62,019 nucleotides of DNA from Gammaproteobacteria bacterium (GTDB taxonomy: Bacteria > Pseudomonadota > Gammaproteobacteria > Pseudomonadales > CAMLJR01): positions 1-62,019 of the forward strand of contig JAJUJZ010000003.1 of assembly GCA_029265075.1 (NCBI GenBank). The letters are read 5' to 3'. A program made the position numbers and the translations under genes. Position 1 is the stretch's first letter. Every line of letters begins with the position of its first letter. The notes beneath the pieces were generated by a model. The model made no database searches, was not told the DNA's origin, and saw only the letters and a list, made by a program, of their open reading frames with translations. Positions 41,460 through 52,418 of the stretch are shown here, piece by piece.

Positions 41460-42857
41460 TCAGGCGTTGATGTGACTGGCCATGAAGGCCTGCACCTGAC
41501 GCAGGTCATTGGGCAGCACGGTGCAGCGCTCTTCCAGCTCGAACAGGTCTGCCATGTGGTGCGGCAGTGGCACCTCAGCCGTGTAGCCCGCCAGCTGTAC
41601 AGCTTCGGGGAACTTGGCGGGATGCGCCGTGGCCAGTGCCACCATCGGTACGTCGCGTCCGCGCCGGCAGGCGCGGCCAGCGGCAACTGCAATAGCGGAG
41701 TGCGGGTCCAGCAGATATTCGCTGCTTTCCCAGACATCGCGGATCATCGCCACCGTGCCGGCGTCATCCACGGCCGCACTGTCGAACAGCGCGCGCGCTT
41801 TCTCGAATGCCGCCGGCGCGATCTGCACGCTGCCCTCGTTCGCCGCTTTCATCAGTGCTGCAATCGCCGCGCCGTCACGACCGTAACAGTCAAACAGCAG
41901 CCGCTCGAAGTTGCTCGAGATGACGATGTCCATGCTCGGCGACAGGGTGTGTTTGAGCTGATGACGGCTGTAGTCGTTGTCGCTCAGCACTCGATGCAGA
42001 ATGTCGTTGGCGTTGGTGGCAACAACCAGCTGGTCGATCGGCAGCCCCATGCACTTGGCGAGATAGCCGGCATAGATGTCGCCGAAGTTGCCGGTCGGCA
42101 CCGAGAACGACACCGGGCGGTGCGGTGCGCCCAGCGCCAGCGCGGCGTACACGTAGTAGACGATCTGAGCCATGATGCGCGCCCAGTTGATGGAGTTGAC
42201 CGCCACCAGCTGGCGATCAGCCGGCAGGAAGGACTGATCGCCGAAGCTCGCCTTCACCATCGACTGACAGTCGTCGAAATTCCCCTCGACCGCGATGTTA
42301 TGGATGTTGGCACCCGCCACCGTGGTCATCTGGCGCCGCTGTACTTCCGAAACCCGCTGATGCGGATGCAGGATGAAGATGTCGATGTTCTTACAGCGCT
42401 TGCAGCCCTGGATGGCAGCTGAGCCGGTATCGCCCGAGGTGGCGCCCATGATCACCACTTTCTGGCCACGCTTCTCGAGCACGTAGTCAAGCAGCCGGCC
42501 CAGCATCTGCAGGGCGAAATCCTTGAACGCCAGCGTCGGACCCTGGAACAGCTCCAGCAGCCACTCGTTGTGATCGAGCTGCACCAACGGCGCGATCGCC
42601 GGATGGCGAAAATCGACATAGGTATCCTCGATGATCGCCTTGAGGTCGGCATCGGGAATGGCGCCCGCAACGAACGGGGCGACCACCTGATAAGCCAGCT
42701 CGGTATAGGAAAGCCCGACCCAGCTGACGAGCTGTTCGTGCGACCACCGGGGCAGCGTTTCAGGAACGTAAAGTCCGCCATCGGGAGCCAGCCCAGTCAG
42801 CAGAACCTGTTCGAAATCGAGAGCCGGCGCCTGGCCGCGGGTGCTGATGTATTTCAC
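41460..42857 (-). CDS. thrC: Threonine synthase
   Basis: MKYISTRG N-terminus, PLP lysine region PTLAFKD and SGDTGSAA. Confidence 0.95.
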   Translation of the reverse strand: MKYISTRGQAPALDFEQVLLTGLAPDGGLYVPETLPRWSHEQLVSWVGLSYTELAYQVVAPFVAGAIPDADLKAIIEDTYVDFRHPAIAPLVQLDHNEWLLELFQGPTLAFKDFALQMLGRLLDYVLEKRGQKVVIMGATSGDTGSAAIQGCKRCKNIDIFILHPHQRVSEVQRRQMTTVAGANIHNIAVEGNFDDCQSMVKASFGDQSFLPADRQLVAVNSINWARIMAQIVYYVYAALALGAPHRPVSFSVPTGNFGDIYAGYLAKCMGLPIDQLVVATNANDILHRVLSDNDYSRHQLKHTLSPSMDIVISSNFERLLFDCYGRDGAAIAALMKAANEGSVQIAPAAFEKARALFDSAAVDDAGTVAMIRDVWESSEYLLDPHSAIAVAAGRACRRGRDVPMVALATAHPAKFPEAVQLAGYTAEVPLPHHMADLFELEERCTVLPNDLRQVQAFMASHINA

Positions 42858-42938
42858 GTTGTTGACTCACCTGAGCAGCGCCCGCAGGCGCCGCATGACA
42901 ATTCGATGGGACGGGTCAGCAGGGTCGCGCCCGCCGCG

Positions 42939-44246
42939 TCAGCCCGACAGCGACTCCATGCGCAGCCGCACAACCTTGCCGTCGGTGCTGTCCAGCGCTT
43001 CGAGCTGTGCCACTGCGGCGGCGATTTTGCGCTCCTCGGTGCGGTTGGTCAGCATGATCAGCGGCACATGATCTTCCCCCGGTGCAGGCTCTTTCTGAAT
43101 CAGCGCTTCGATGCTGATGCCTGCGTCAGAGAAAATGGTAGCGACCTGTGACAGCACGCCGGGGCGATCCAGCGCTGAAATGCGCAGATAGTAAGACGAC
43201 ACCACCTCCTCGATCGGGTGGATTGGCAGATCGCTCATCGCATCCGGCTGGAACGCCAGGTACGGCACGCGGTGCGACGGATCGGCATTGAGCGTGCGCG
43301 CCACATCGACGATGTCAGCCACGACTGCGGAGGCGGTCGGCTCGGCACCGGCGCCCGCGCCGTAAAACAGCGTCGGTCCGACGGCGTCGCCCTTTACCAG
43401 CACCGCGTTCATGGCGCCGTTGACGTTGGCCAGCAGCCGCTTCTCGGGAATCAGGGTCGGATGCACCCGCAGCTCGATGCCCTCGCCAGCATCGCGGGCA
43501 ATGCCGAGATGCTTGATGCGATAGCCCAGCTCTTCTGCGTACTGCACATCAGTGGTGCTGATCTGCGTGATGCCTTCGGTGTAGATCTTGCTGAATTGCA
43601 GCGGAATACCGAAGGCGATGGAGGCGAGAATCGCCAGCTTGTGCGCCGCATCGATACCTTCCACATCGAAGGTCGGATCGGCTTCGGCATAACCGAGTGC
43701 CTGCGCCTCTTTCAGCACGTCGTCAAAGGCACGGCCTTTCTCGCGCATCTCGGTCAGGATGAAGTTGCTGGTGCCGTTGATGATGCCGGCCAGCCATTCG
43801 ATGCGGTTTGCCGCCAGCCCTTCGCGGATCGCCTTGATCACCGGCACTCCGCCCGCCACGGCTGCCTCGAAGGCGACGCTCACGCCACGCTCGCGCGCTG
43901 CCGCGAAAATTTCATTGCCATGCATGGCAATCAGGGCCTTGTTGGCGGTAACGATATGCTTGCCATTGGCGATGGCACGCAGCACCAGCTCCTTCGCTAC
44001 CGTGGTGCCGCCAATCAGCTCCACGACAATGTCGACATTGGGGTTGTCCGCGACCGCGAAGATATCGCGACTGACCGGCACGTCGCCCGTCGCGCAGCTG
44101 GGGTTGTCGCGACGCGCACCAATCTGCTCGATGACGATGTCGCAACCGGCGCGCGCGCAGATCGCCTGGCGATTACGCGTGAGGACGTTGAAGGTACCGC
44201 CACCGACGGTTCCCAGACCACAGATACCCACTCTCACCGGATTCAA
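42939..44246 (-). CDS. hom: Homoserine dehydrogenase
   Basis: VGICGLGTVGGG, NKALIA and a C-terminal ACT domain. Near-colinear with recalled Pseudomonas Hom. Start uncertain: TTG 44246, GTG 44252, or the ORF-track TTG 44282. Confidence 0.93.
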   Translation of the reverse strand: MNPVRVGICGLGTVGGGTFNVLTRNRQAICARAGCDIVIEQIGARRDNPSCATGDVPVSRDIFAVADNPNVDIVVELIGGTTVAKELVLRAIANGKHIVTANKALIAMHGNEIFAAARERGVSVAFEAAVAGGVPVIKAIREGLAANRIEWLAGIINGTSNFILTEMREKGRAFDDVLKEAQALGYAEADPTFDVEGIDAAHKLAILASIAFGIPLQFSKIYTEGITQISTTDVQYAEELGYRIKHLGIARDAGEGIELRVHPTLIPEKRLLANVNGAMNAVLVKGDAVGPTLFYGAGAGAEPTASAVVADIVDVARTLNADPSHRVPYLAFQPDAMSDLPIHPIEEVVSSYYLRISALDRPGVLSQVATIFSDAGISIEALIQKEPAPGEDHVPLIMLTNRTEERKIAAAVAQLEALDSTDGKVVRLRMESLSG

Positions 44247-44351
44247 GCGCACAACCTCATCGTGGAATGACTGAAGAATCAACGCGTCGTGCCTGGCACG
44301 ACCTGGCCCGCGATTCTATTGCACCGGGGCCCACATTTAAATGGCGGACGC

Positions 44352-45107
44352 TCAGCGCGGCTCCGCCAGTCCCAGCGCCTGTGCCAGTTTCGGCGCCGGC
44401 AGGTAACCCGGCAGCAAGGTGCCGCTCTCAGTGATCAGCGCCGGCGTTCCTTCGACACCCATGCGGCCACCGAGGGCAAACTGCTCTGCTACCGGGTTGT
44501 CGCTGCAGACATTGATCGGAATCGATTCACGCCGCTTCAGGCGCGTCATCGCCGTCTGCTGGTCCTTGCTGCACCAGGCCGAGGCGATCTTGCGGTAGGA
44601 CTCCGAACCGATGCCGGCTCGGGGATAGGCAAGATAGCGGATCTCGATGCCATAGCGATTGTAATCCGCCATCTCCTGGTGGAGTTTCTGGCAGTAGAAA
44701 CAGTCCACGTCGGTAAATACGTGCAGCACCGCGCGGGTTTCACCTTCAGGCCTGAAGATGATGGTATCCGCGGGCTGCACTGTGGCGAGCAGCTCAGCGC
44801 GGAGCTGGTCACGCTTCTGCTCTGCGATATTGACGAAGCCAACGGGCCCGATGCTGAACAGATCGCCGAGGAAAAAATAACGGCCGTCGCCGGTGACGTA
44901 GACGGTCGGTCCGCCCTCGAACTGCACCGCATAGATGCCGCTCACTGGTGACTCTTCCACGCTGCTGATCCCGAGGTCCGGCCGTGCCTCTGTCATCGCA
45001 GCACGAATCGCAGCAGCGGCCTCCGGCTCTTCAGCCAGCACGCTCAGCGAGCCCGGCAACAACATGAACAGCAGAGCGGTGCGCAGAACGTTCGCTACCT
45101 TCAACAT
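44352..45107 (-). CDS. dsbC: Thiol:disulfide interchange protein DsbC
   Basis: Signal peptide, active site CFYC, and DsbC-type N-terminal dimerisation domain. AGGAGG SD. Start trimmed to ATG 45107. Confidence 0.88.
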   Translation of the reverse strand: MLKVANVLRTALLFMLLPGSLSVLAEEPEAAAAIRAAMTEARPDLGISSVEESPVSGIYAVQFEGGPTVYVTGDGRYFFLGDLFSIGPVGFVNIAEQKRDQLRAELLATVQPADTIIFRPEGETRAVLHVFTDVDCFYCQKLHQEMADYNRYGIEIRYLAYPRAGIGSESYRKIASAWCSKDQQTAMTRLKRRESIPINVCSDNPVAEQFALGGRMGVEGTPALITESGTLLPGYLPAPKLAQALGLAEPR

Positions 45108-45132
45108 GCTGGACTTCCTCCTGATGGCGGCG

Positions 45133-46059
45133 TCAGCCGCGCGGATGATGGTGCCGATGCAGCTCCTGCAGGCGGGCACTGGCAACGTGAGTATAGATTT
45201 GTGTGGTGCTGAGATCACTGTGTCCCAGCAGCATCTGCACCACCCGCAGATCGGCGCCATGATTGAGAAGATGAGTGGCAAAGGCATGGCGCAGGGTATG
45301 CGGCGACAGCGGTTTGCTGATGCCGGCGCGCGCTGCGTACCGTCGCAGCCGGTACCAGAGCGCCTGACGCGTCAGCGCGCCCCCCTCCCGCCCGGGAAAC
45401 AGATGCTCACTCTGACGACTGCCCAGCAGCGCGGGACGCGCCTCACGAAGGTGCCGCTGCAGCCAGTACAACGCCTCTTCGCCCACCGGCACCAGCCGCT
45501 CCTTGCTGCCCTTGCCGATCACCCGCACCACGCCCTGCGCCGTGCTGAGCTGATCGAGTCGCAGTCCCACCAGCTCGCTGACGCGCAGACCTGTGGCATA
45601 AAGCAGCTCCAGCATTGCCTTGTCGCGCAGCTCGAGCGAATCGTCAGTATCCGGTGCCGCCAGCAGCGCTTCGACATCCGCCTCGCCCAGCGTGCCGGGC
45701 AGTGAGCGCCCCAGCCGGGGAGCCTCGATGGTCGCTGTGGGATCGTCCGCCCGGACGTTGTCGCGCACCTGCTGCTGATAAAAACCGCGCAGGCACGAGA
45801 CCACTCGCGCCACGCTGCGGCTGCTGCGACCAGCACCGAACAGATCGCCCAGATAACGTTGCAGCAGAACGGCATCGGCGGCCAGCAGGCTGCTCTGCCG
45901 CTCAGCCAGCCACACTGCGAACGCGGTAAGATCGCGGCGATAGGCGGCCAGACTGTTGGGGCTCAGCCCTTTTTCCAGCCATTGCGCATCCAGCCAGCGG
46001 TCGATAACAGCGGCTTCAGCGGCGGGTGCTGCCAGCGCAGCAGGACGGCCAGTGCTCAT
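45133..46059 (-). CDS. xerD: Site-specific tyrosine recombinase XerD
   Basis: R..HxxR..Y catalytic pattern (LRHAFATHLL, LGHSDLSTTQIYTHV). Synteny with dsbC. Confidence 0.92.
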   Translation of the reverse strand: MSTGRPAALAAPAAEAAVIDRWLDAQWLEKGLSPNSLAAYRRDLTAFAVWLAERQSSLLAADAVLLQRYLGDLFGAGRSSRSVARVVSCLRGFYQQQVRDNVRADDPTATIEAPRLGRSLPGTLGEADVEALLAAPDTDDSLELRDKAMLELLYATGLRVSELVGLRLDQLSTAQGVVRVIGKGSKERLVPVGEEALYWLQRHLREARPALLGSRQSEHLFPGREGGALTRQALWYRLRRYAARAGISKPLSPHTLRHAFATHLLNHGADLRVVQMLLGHSDLSTTQIYTHVASARLQELHRHHHPRG

Positions 46060-46096
46060 TGCCCTGCCATCGTCAGACGGGAATCGCAGAAAGCGC

Positions 46097-46120
46097 AAAA
46101 GGCAGCCTGAGCTGCCTTTT
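46097..46120 (-). terminator. Rho-independent terminator after rplS (palindromic, bidirectional form)
   Basis: AAAA-GGCAGC-CTGA-GCTGCC-TTTT. Confidence 0.8.
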
Positions 46121-46146
46121 GCCTGACCAATCCGGAAAAACCAGGA

Positions 46147-46494
46147 TTAGTTGAGTTTTTCCTTGATACGCGCAGCACGGCCACTGAGTTCGCGCAGGTA
46201 GTAGAGCTTGGCCTGGCGCACGTCACCGCGACGCTTGACCTCGATGCCGCCGATCAGCGGGCTGTGGGTCTGGAAGGTGCGCTCGACGCCCACGCCATGC
46301 GAAATTTTGCGCACAGTGAAAGCCGAGTCGAGGCCGCGATTGCGCTTGGCGATCACAACGCCTTCGAACGCCTGCAGACGCTCGCGCGAACCTTCTTTAA
46401 CTTTGACCTGGACCACCACGGTATCACCGGGGCTGAATTCAGGTACATCCTGCTTCACTTGTTCCGCGTTCAGTTCCGCGATGATATTGGTCAT
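46147..46494 (-). CDS. rplS: 50S ribosomal protein L19
   Basis: [12 protein letters not shown]...[16 protein letters not shown]. 115 aa. Confidence 0.95.
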   Translation of the reverse strand: MTNIIAELNAEQVKQDVPEFSPGDTVVVQVKVKEGSRERLQAFEGVVIAKRNRGLDSAFTVRKISHGVGVERTFQTHSPLIGGIEVKRRGDVRQAKLYYLRELSGRAARIKEKLN

Positions 46495-46549
46495 GACCAA
46501 GCTCCTAGGTTTCAATCTCTAACACAGTAGCTTCACAGCTACGTCAAAT

Positions 46550-47287
46550 TCACTGTTGCCGTTCGCGCATGAACTCGGCCAGCAGCGCTTCCTGTTCGGC
46601 ATCGAGCTCCCGTCCTTCCAGCAGGTCGGGTCGCCTGAGCCAGGTTCTACCCAGCGACTGCTTGAGTCGCCAGCGGCGAATCCGCTCGTGATTACCGGAG
46701 CGCAGCACCTCTGGCACTGCACGGCCGGCATACACTTCTGGCCGCGTGTAGTGGGGACAGTCCAGCAGCCCCGCTGCGAACGAATCCTCCACCGCCGACT
46801 GCTCATGGCCAAGCACACCCGGCAGCAAGCGCGTCACCGCATCGATCATCACCATGGCGGCAAGCTCGCCGCCACTGAGGACGTAGTCGCCAATCGACCA
46901 CTCCTCATCGATCTCGGTCTCGATCAGCCGCTCGTCGATGCCTTCATAGCGCCCGGCGACCAGAATCAGCTCGGGGCGCTGTGCCAGCTCTTCGACACCG
47001 CGCTGGTCGAGCCGCCGGCCCTGGGGGGAGAGATAACCCACCCGTGCCTGCGGCAGCGCCGCCCGGGCTGCCTGAATGGCATCCCGCAGCGGCTCAATCT
47101 TCATTACCATCCCCGGCCCGCCACCAAAGGGTCGGTCGTCGACAGTACGGTGGCGATCGTGGGTGTAATCGCGCGGGTTCCAGAGCGAGAGGGTTATCTG
47201 CCCCCGTTCTACCGCGCGTCCACTGACGCCATATTCGCTGACCGCGGAAAACATCTCCGGGAACAGCGTCACCACTCCAATCTTCAC
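46550..47287 (-). CDS. trmD: tRNA (guanine37-N1)-methyltransferase
   Basis: [18 protein letters not shown] and [11 protein letters not shown] motifs. GTG start. Confidence 0.95.
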   Translation of the reverse strand: MKIGVVTLFPEMFSAVSEYGVSGRAVERGQITLSLWNPRDYTHDRHRTVDDRPFGGGPGMVMKIEPLRDAIQAARAALPQARVGYLSPQGRRLDQRGVEELAQRPELILVAGRYEGIDERLIETEIDEEWSIGDYVLSGGELAAMVMIDAVTRLLPGVLGHEQSAVEDSFAAGLLDCPHYTRPEVYAGRAVPEVLRSGNHERIRRWRLKQSLGRTWLRRPDLLEGRELDAEQEALLAEFMRERQQ

Positions 47288-47367
47288 GTGGCTCGATCTT
47301 CAGATGGCTTGTCTGTCACGCTGCCCCTGCCATCACCGGGGCCACGCCAGCCGTTGGTGCAGGCTGT

Positions 47368-47922
47368 TCAGAATTCCGCATCCCAGTCCACGGTGAGCAC
47401 ACCGTTATCGAGATCGACCTGCCGCACCACATCACCCGGCAAATAAGGCAGCAGTCGCTCGCGCTGGTCGATACTCCCTTCACAGGGCTTCACCACCAGC
47501 ACGTCGTTGGCGCCAGTCTCGAGCAGGTGATCGACGACTCCGATCAGCAGCGGCGCTTCTCCCGCCCGTTCGATCACCACTTGCAGCCCGACCAGCTGGT
47601 ACCAGTAGAACTCGCCCTCTTCGAGCTCGGGCAATGCCCCCTGCTCAACGGCCAGTTCACAGTTGCTGAGTGCACGCGCCGCTTCCGGCGACTCCACCCC
47701 TTCCAGCTTGATGATCAGCCCTTTGCCGTGAGGCCGGCCGTCCTCGACCGCTACCGGCTGCCAGCGACCCGCACGCTGCAGATACAGCTGCCGGTACTCA
47801 AGCAGGTTTTCCATCGGCTCGGTGAAAGAGTAGACCTTCGCCCAGCCTTTGACGCCATAACTCCCGGCGAGACGGCCTACCACCAGCGGCTTGAAATCGT
47901 CAGCCAGTGATTGCGCCGTCAT
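47368..47922 (-). CDS. rimM: 16S rRNA processing protein RimM
   Basis: VGRLAGSYGVKGW and the PRC-barrel C-terminus. Position between rpsP and trmD. Confidence 0.9.
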   Translation of the reverse strand: MTAQSLADDFKPLVVGRLAGSYGVKGWAKVYSFTEPMENLLEYRQLYLQRAGRWQPVAVEDGRPHGKGLIIKLEGVESPEAARALSNCELAVEQGALPELEEGEFYWYQLVGLQVVIERAGEAPLLIGVVDHLLETGANDVLVVKPCEGSIDQRERLLPYLPGDVVRQVDLDNGVLTVDWDAEF

Positions 47923-47938
47923 AGCGCAGACGCTCCGC

Positions 47939-48190
47939 TCAGGCAGCCTTGTTCTGGGCTTCTTTCAGCAGCGATGCAACGCGCTCGGAAACGGTCGCGC
48001 CGGTGTTGAGCCAGTAATTGACGCGATCCATATCCACCCGCAGGCGCTCTTCAGTACCGGATGCCACCGGATTGAAGAAACCGACGCGCTCCAGGAAACG
48101 CCCATCGCGAGCGCTGCGGCTGTCGGTGACGGTCAGGTGATAGAAGGGACGCTTCTTGGAGCCACCACGCGAAAGACGAATCGTTACCAT
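47939..48190 (-). CDS. rpsP: 30S ribosomal protein S16
   Basis: [17 protein letters not shown]... Start trimmed to ATG 48190. Confidence 0.95.
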   Translation of the reverse strand: MVTIRLSRGGSKKRPFYHLTVTDSRSARDGRFLERVGFFNPVASGTEERLRVDMDRVNYWLNTGATVSERVASLLKEAQNKAA

Positions 48191-48469
48191 TACAAACTCA
48201 TTCCCAATTGAGTCGCACCTCCGGGTGAGGCGCGACAGATCATATTCAGAGACCGCCACGGGAGATCAGCCCGGGCGGAAAGGCGCCGTATTGTACGGGA
48301 AAGCTTTGGCGTTTGGAACCGGCAAACCGATGAAGATTACCGCCTCGCCACCGCCCTGGAATCCGGCCCCGCACGTCGACGGCAGCACACCCGGCCAGGT
48401 GCCGGCAGAACCACCCCCGCTCCCCTCTGCAACGGCCCCTGCCGGCAGGCAATTCCCGCCAGTTACCAG

Positions 48470-49840
48470 TTACCGGCCCGGAAAACCGCCCCGGCCGCCC
48501 ATCATGCCACCAAGACCGCGCATCATATTCGCCATGCCGCCTTTGGAGGTCATTTTCTTCATCATTTTCTGCATCTGCTTGTGCTGCTTGAGCAGCCGGT
48601 TGAGGTCCTGCAGCTCAGTACCGGAACCCTGGCAGATGCGCCGCTTGCGCGACCCGTTGAGAATATCGGGATTGCGACGCTCGGCGGGCGTCATCGAGCT
48701 GATGATCGCCTCCATCCGCACGAACATCTTGTTGTCGATCTGCGCCTGCGCCAGCTGCGGGATATTGCCGAGGCCCGGCAATTTGTCGAGCATGCTGGTG
48801 ACCCCGCCCATGTTCCTCATCTGCTGGAACTGGTCGCGCAGATCCTCCAGATCAAAGCCCTTGCCTTTCTTGATCTTCTTGGCGAGCTTGGCCGCTTTTT
48901 CCTTGTCGAGCTTCTGCTCCGCCTCTTCGATCAGCGACAGGATGTCGCCCATGCCGAGGATGCGCGACGCAATCCGGTCGGGGTGGAATGGATCGAGCGC
49001 AGTGGTACGCTCGCCCACCCCCAGGAACTTGATCGGCTTGCCTGTGATATGGCGCACCGACAGCGCAGCTCCACCGCGCGCATCGGCATCAGCCTTGGTG
49101 AGCACCACCCCGGTCAGCGGCAACGCGTCATTGAACGCCTTGGCGGTGTTGGCCGCGTCCTGACCGGTCATGGCGTCAACCACGAACAGCGTTTCCGCCG
49201 GGCTGAGCGCCGCATGCAGTTCACGGATCTCCGTCATCATGTCGGCGTCGATGTGGAGACGGCCCGCGGTATCGACAATCACAACGTCGATGAACTTGAT
49301 GCGGGCATGCGCCACCGCAGCCGTCGCGATGTCCACCGGCTTCTGGTCCGTGGAGCTGGGAAAGAAATCGACCCCCACCTCGGCCGCCAGCGTTTCAAGC
49401 TGCTTGATCGCTGCCGGGCGGTAGACGTCGGCGCTGACCAGCAGCACCTTCTTCTTTTCTTTCTCTTTAAGATAACGCGCCAGCTTGCCGCTGGAGGTGG
49501 TCTTACCCGCCCCCTGCAGACCGGCCATCAGAATCACGGCCGGCGGCTTGACGTTGAGTGCCAGCTTCTCATTGGCACCGCCCATGACGCGCTCGAGCTC
49601 GTCCTTGACGATCTTGACGAACTGCTGGCCGGGGCTGAGGCTCTTGCTCACCTCCTGACCGACCGCGCGCTCCTTCACGGCGGCGACGAAATCCTTGACG
49701 ACCGGCAGTGCGACATCCGCCTCCAGCAGCGCCATCCGCACTTCGCGGGTGGCTTCCTGCACGTTCTCTTCCGTCAGACGTGCCTGGCCGGTGATATGGC
49801 GCAACGTCTGGGAAAGCCGCTCGGTGAGATTCTCGAACAT
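48470..49840 (-). CDS. ffh: Signal recognition particle protein Ffh
   Basis: MFENLTERLS, GLQGAGKTT, DTAGR and a Met-rich M domain. Start trimmed to ATG 49840. Confidence 0.95.
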   Translation of the reverse strand: MFENLTERLSQTLRHITGQARLTEENVQEATREVRMALLEADVALPVVKDFVAAVKERAVGQEVSKSLSPGQQFVKIVKDELERVMGGANEKLALNVKPPAVILMAGLQGAGKTTSSGKLARYLKEKEKKKVLLVSADVYRPAAIKQLETLAAEVGVDFFPSSTDQKPVDIATAAVAHARIKFIDVVIVDTAGRLHIDADMMTEIRELHAALSPAETLFVVDAMTGQDAANTAKAFNDALPLTGVVLTKADADARGGAALSVRHITGKPIKFLGVGERTTALDPFHPDRIASRILGMGDILSLIEEAEQKLDKEKAAKLAKKIKKGKGFDLEDLRDQFQQMRNMGGVTSMLDKLPGLGNIPQLAQAQIDNKMFVRMEAIISSMTPAERRNPDILNGSRKRRICQGSGTELQDLNRLLKQHKQMQKMMKKMTSKGGMANMMRGLGGMMGGRGGFPGR

Positions 49841-50021
49841 GGGAACTCTCTGACAAAGACTGAGAAAAGAGGGAGAATGGCTCCGCAACCGGATGCCCGG
49901 CCGGCTCTTCTGGTGCCTGGCGGCCGGCTTGCAATCAGCGGGTTAAACTGCTGAAGTATACCTGACTCGAACAAGCTCCCCCAACCATACGCTTGCCCTT
50001 TTGCTGGGAACAATCTGCAGG

Positions 50022-50867
50022 ATGATGCATTCGATCGCCAGCGCGCTTGCCATTCTCTTCTATCTGGCAGCGTCCGCCTATCAGGGACGTTATCTGCTGC
50101 GCCGAGCCCCCGCGCGGTCTGATCAGGCGCTGCTGGAGCCCGATCCGAGCCTGCCGCGGCGCACGGTTTTTCTGGTACTGGCCGGCATCGGACTGGTGGC
50201 CCACGGTATCAGCATCTTCGGCACGCTGGTTACCGAGCACGGTGTCGATCTCGGGTTCTACCGGGTCTCGTCCCTGATCTTCTGGTTCATCTGCCTGATC
50301 GGCCTGGCCGATACGCTGCGGCGCCCGCTGCAGAACTCGATGGCCCTGCTGCTGCCACTGGCGGCGCTCTCCATCCTGCTGGCGCTGCTGTTTCGCTCTC
50401 CGGGCGTCGCGCTGGCGAGGCTCGAGCCGGGCGTAGTGGCGCATATTCTGGTGTCGATCCTCGCCTACGCCGTGCTGACGCTGTGTGCGATCCATGCAAT
50501 TCTGCTGGCCATGCAGGAGCACGCACTCAAACGGCGCCCCGTAAACCGCCTGCTGGAGGTGCTGCCACCACTGCAGACCATGGAGGCGATGCTGTTCGAG
50601 CTGCTGTGGACCGGCATGGCGCTGCTGAGCCTCGCGATTCTGCTCGGCGTGGTGTACATCGACGATCTGTTCGCCCAGCATCTGGTTCATAAAACGGTGT
50701 TCAGCCTGCTGGCGTGGCTGATTTTCGCCATTCTGCTATGGGGCCACCACCAGCTCGGCTGGCGGGGACCGGTTGCCGTCCGCTGGACGCTTGGCGGCTT
50801 CGCGGCCCTGATGCTGGCCTATTTCGGCACCAAGATGGTGCTAGAGCTGATTCTGCACCGCACCTGA
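50022..50867 (+). CDS. ypjD: Cytochrome c assembly-family inner membrane protein (YpjD-like)
   Basis: Colinear with recalled E. coli YpjD (LLWGHHQLGWRG...LAYFGTK). Divergent from ffh, as in E. coli. Confidence 0.85.
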   Translation: MMHSIASALAILFYLAASAYQGRYLLRRAPARSDQALLEPDPSLPRRTVFLVLAGIGLVAHGISIFGTLVTEHGVDLGFYRVSSLIFWFICLIGLADTLRRPLQNSMALLLPLAALSILLALLFRSPGVALARLEPGVVAHILVSILAYAVLTLCAIHAILLAMQEHALKRRPVNRLLEVLPPLQTMEAMLFELLWTGMALLSLAILLGVVYIDDLFAQHLVHKTVFSLLAWLIFAILLWGHHQLGWRGPVAVRWTLGGFAALMLAYFGTKMVLELILHRT

Positions 50868-50912
50868 CATGAGCGGCTACGACACCGCAGCACCTGCTCC
50901 GGGCCCGGTCCC

Positions 50913-52166
50913 ATGAACGAGGTGCCGCCAGGCATTCTGGCGCTGGCGCTGATCGTACTGGTGATGCTGTCAGCCTTCATCACCTGCGCTGGCACCAGTC
51001 TCCTCTCCCTCTCGCGCTCGCGCATCAAGCGGCTGCTGGCGAGCGGTCAGCGGCGTGCGCGCCGCGTGCGGCGCCTGCTGAAACACACCGACCGGCTGAT
51101 CAGCACCCTCTTCATCGCCAACCAGCTGACTAACATGACGGCTGCCGCCATCGCCACTCTGCTGGGCTATCGCGCCGCCGGGCTGACGGGTGTCGTCCTG
51201 GTGCTGCTGGTGCTGGCCCTGCTGATTCTGGTATTCGGCGAGCTGCTGCCCAAGCACCTCGCCACCCGCAACCCCGAGCGGATCGCGCTCATCACCAGCG
51301 CCCCCATCCAGCTGCTGGCGCGACTGCTGCGTCCTGTGGTGTGGCTGGTCAATGCACTGTTCGAACGACTGCTGCAGCTAGCGCCCGCCAGCAACGGAAC
51401 GCCGCTGGCCGACACCGAGTTCCGCACACTTATCGCCGAGACCGGCCAGCTCATTCCGGCCAGCCATCAGGCGCTGTTGCTGCGCGTCATCGAGCTGGAC
51501 CAGCTCACCGTTGAAGATGTGATGGTACCGCGGGCTGACATTGTCGGGCTGGATCTCGACCAGACCGACGCCCAGCTGCACGAAGTGCTCAGCCGCTGCG
51601 AATTCACCCGCATTCCGGTATGGCAGGGCGACCCCGATCAGATCATCGGTGTGCTTCATATGCGTGACGCCGGTCAGCTGCTGGGACCCGCCCAGACGCT
51701 GTACCGGGACCGCCTGATGCGTATGCTGCGCTCGCCCTATTTCGTACCCGAAGGCACGCCGCTGTCGGTACAGCTCTTCAATTTCCAGAAGAAAAAGCAG
51801 CGGGTCGCGCTGGTGGTGGATGAATATGGCAGCGTGCTGGGCCTGCTGACCCGCGAAGACATTCTCCAGCAAACGGTTGCGGCACTCGCTTCCCGTGAGC
51901 TCACCAGCGATGAGATCGTGAAACAGGAGGATGGCTCGTGGCTGATCGACGGGACCATCAGCCTGCGCGATCTCAATCGCCAGCTTGGCTGGGCCATCGA
52001 GCTCGATGGCCCGAAAACGCTCAGCGGCCTGCTACTGGAACATCTGCAGGCGTTCCCCGACGCCGCGGTCGGCATTCGGATCGACCGTTACGCCTTCGAA
52101 ATCTGGGGCTGGGAAGGCCGCAAGGTGAAACAGGTACACGCGTTCGAGCTGCCGCTCGACCAGTAA
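50913..52166 (+). CDS. DUF21-CBS pair-CorC/HlyC transporter-associated protein (YfjD/CorB-like)
   Basis: Four-TM DUF21 N-terminus, a CBS pair (VMVPR...), and a CorC_HlyC C-terminus. Confidence 0.88.
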   Translation: MNEVPPGILALALIVLVMLSAFITCAGTSLLSLSRSRIKRLLASGQRRARRVRRLLKHTDRLISTLFIANQLTNMTAAAIATLLGYRAAGLTGVVLVLLVLALLILVFGELLPKHLATRNPERIALITSAPIQLLARLLRPVVWLVNALFERLLQLAPASNGTPLADTEFRTLIAETGQLIPASHQALLLRVIELDQLTVEDVMVPRADIVGLDLDQTDAQLHEVLSRCEFTRIPVWQGDPDQIIGVLHMRDAGQLLGPAQTLYRDRLMRMLRSPYFVPEGTPLSVQLFNFQKKKQRVALVVDEYGSVLGLLTREDILQQTVAALASRELTSDEIVKQEDGSWLIDGTISLRDLNRQLGWAIELDGPKTLSGLLLEHLQAFPDAAVGIRIDRYAFEIWGWEGRKVKQVHAFELPLDQ

Positions 52167-52169
52167 CCT

Positions 52170-52358
52170 CTATTCAAACAGCCAGCCGGCGGCCCGTACC
52201 CGTTCATGACACCGCGCCAGCACAGCCCGTTTCTGGTCATTGTCGAATTCCAGCCAGTCACGAATCTCCTCAGCGGTACGCCAGCACCCCACGCAGACAT
52301 CGTCGTCGTTCAGTGAACAGACATTGACGCAGGGCGACCGCACTTCGGCCTCAGCCAT
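52170..52358 (-). CDS. DUF1289 (YdhL-like) small Cys-rich protein
   Basis: SPCVNVCSLNDDDVCVGCWRTAEEI pattern. Confidence 0.75.
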   Translation of the reverse strand: MAEAEVRSPCVNVCSLNDDDVCVGCWRTAEEIRDWLEFDNDQKRAVLARCHERVRAAGWLFE

Positions 52359-52418
52359 CTCTTGCCTCTCAAATTGCGAGCGTGCTGCCGATCATCGGCT
52401 GCAGCCCATCAAAAACGT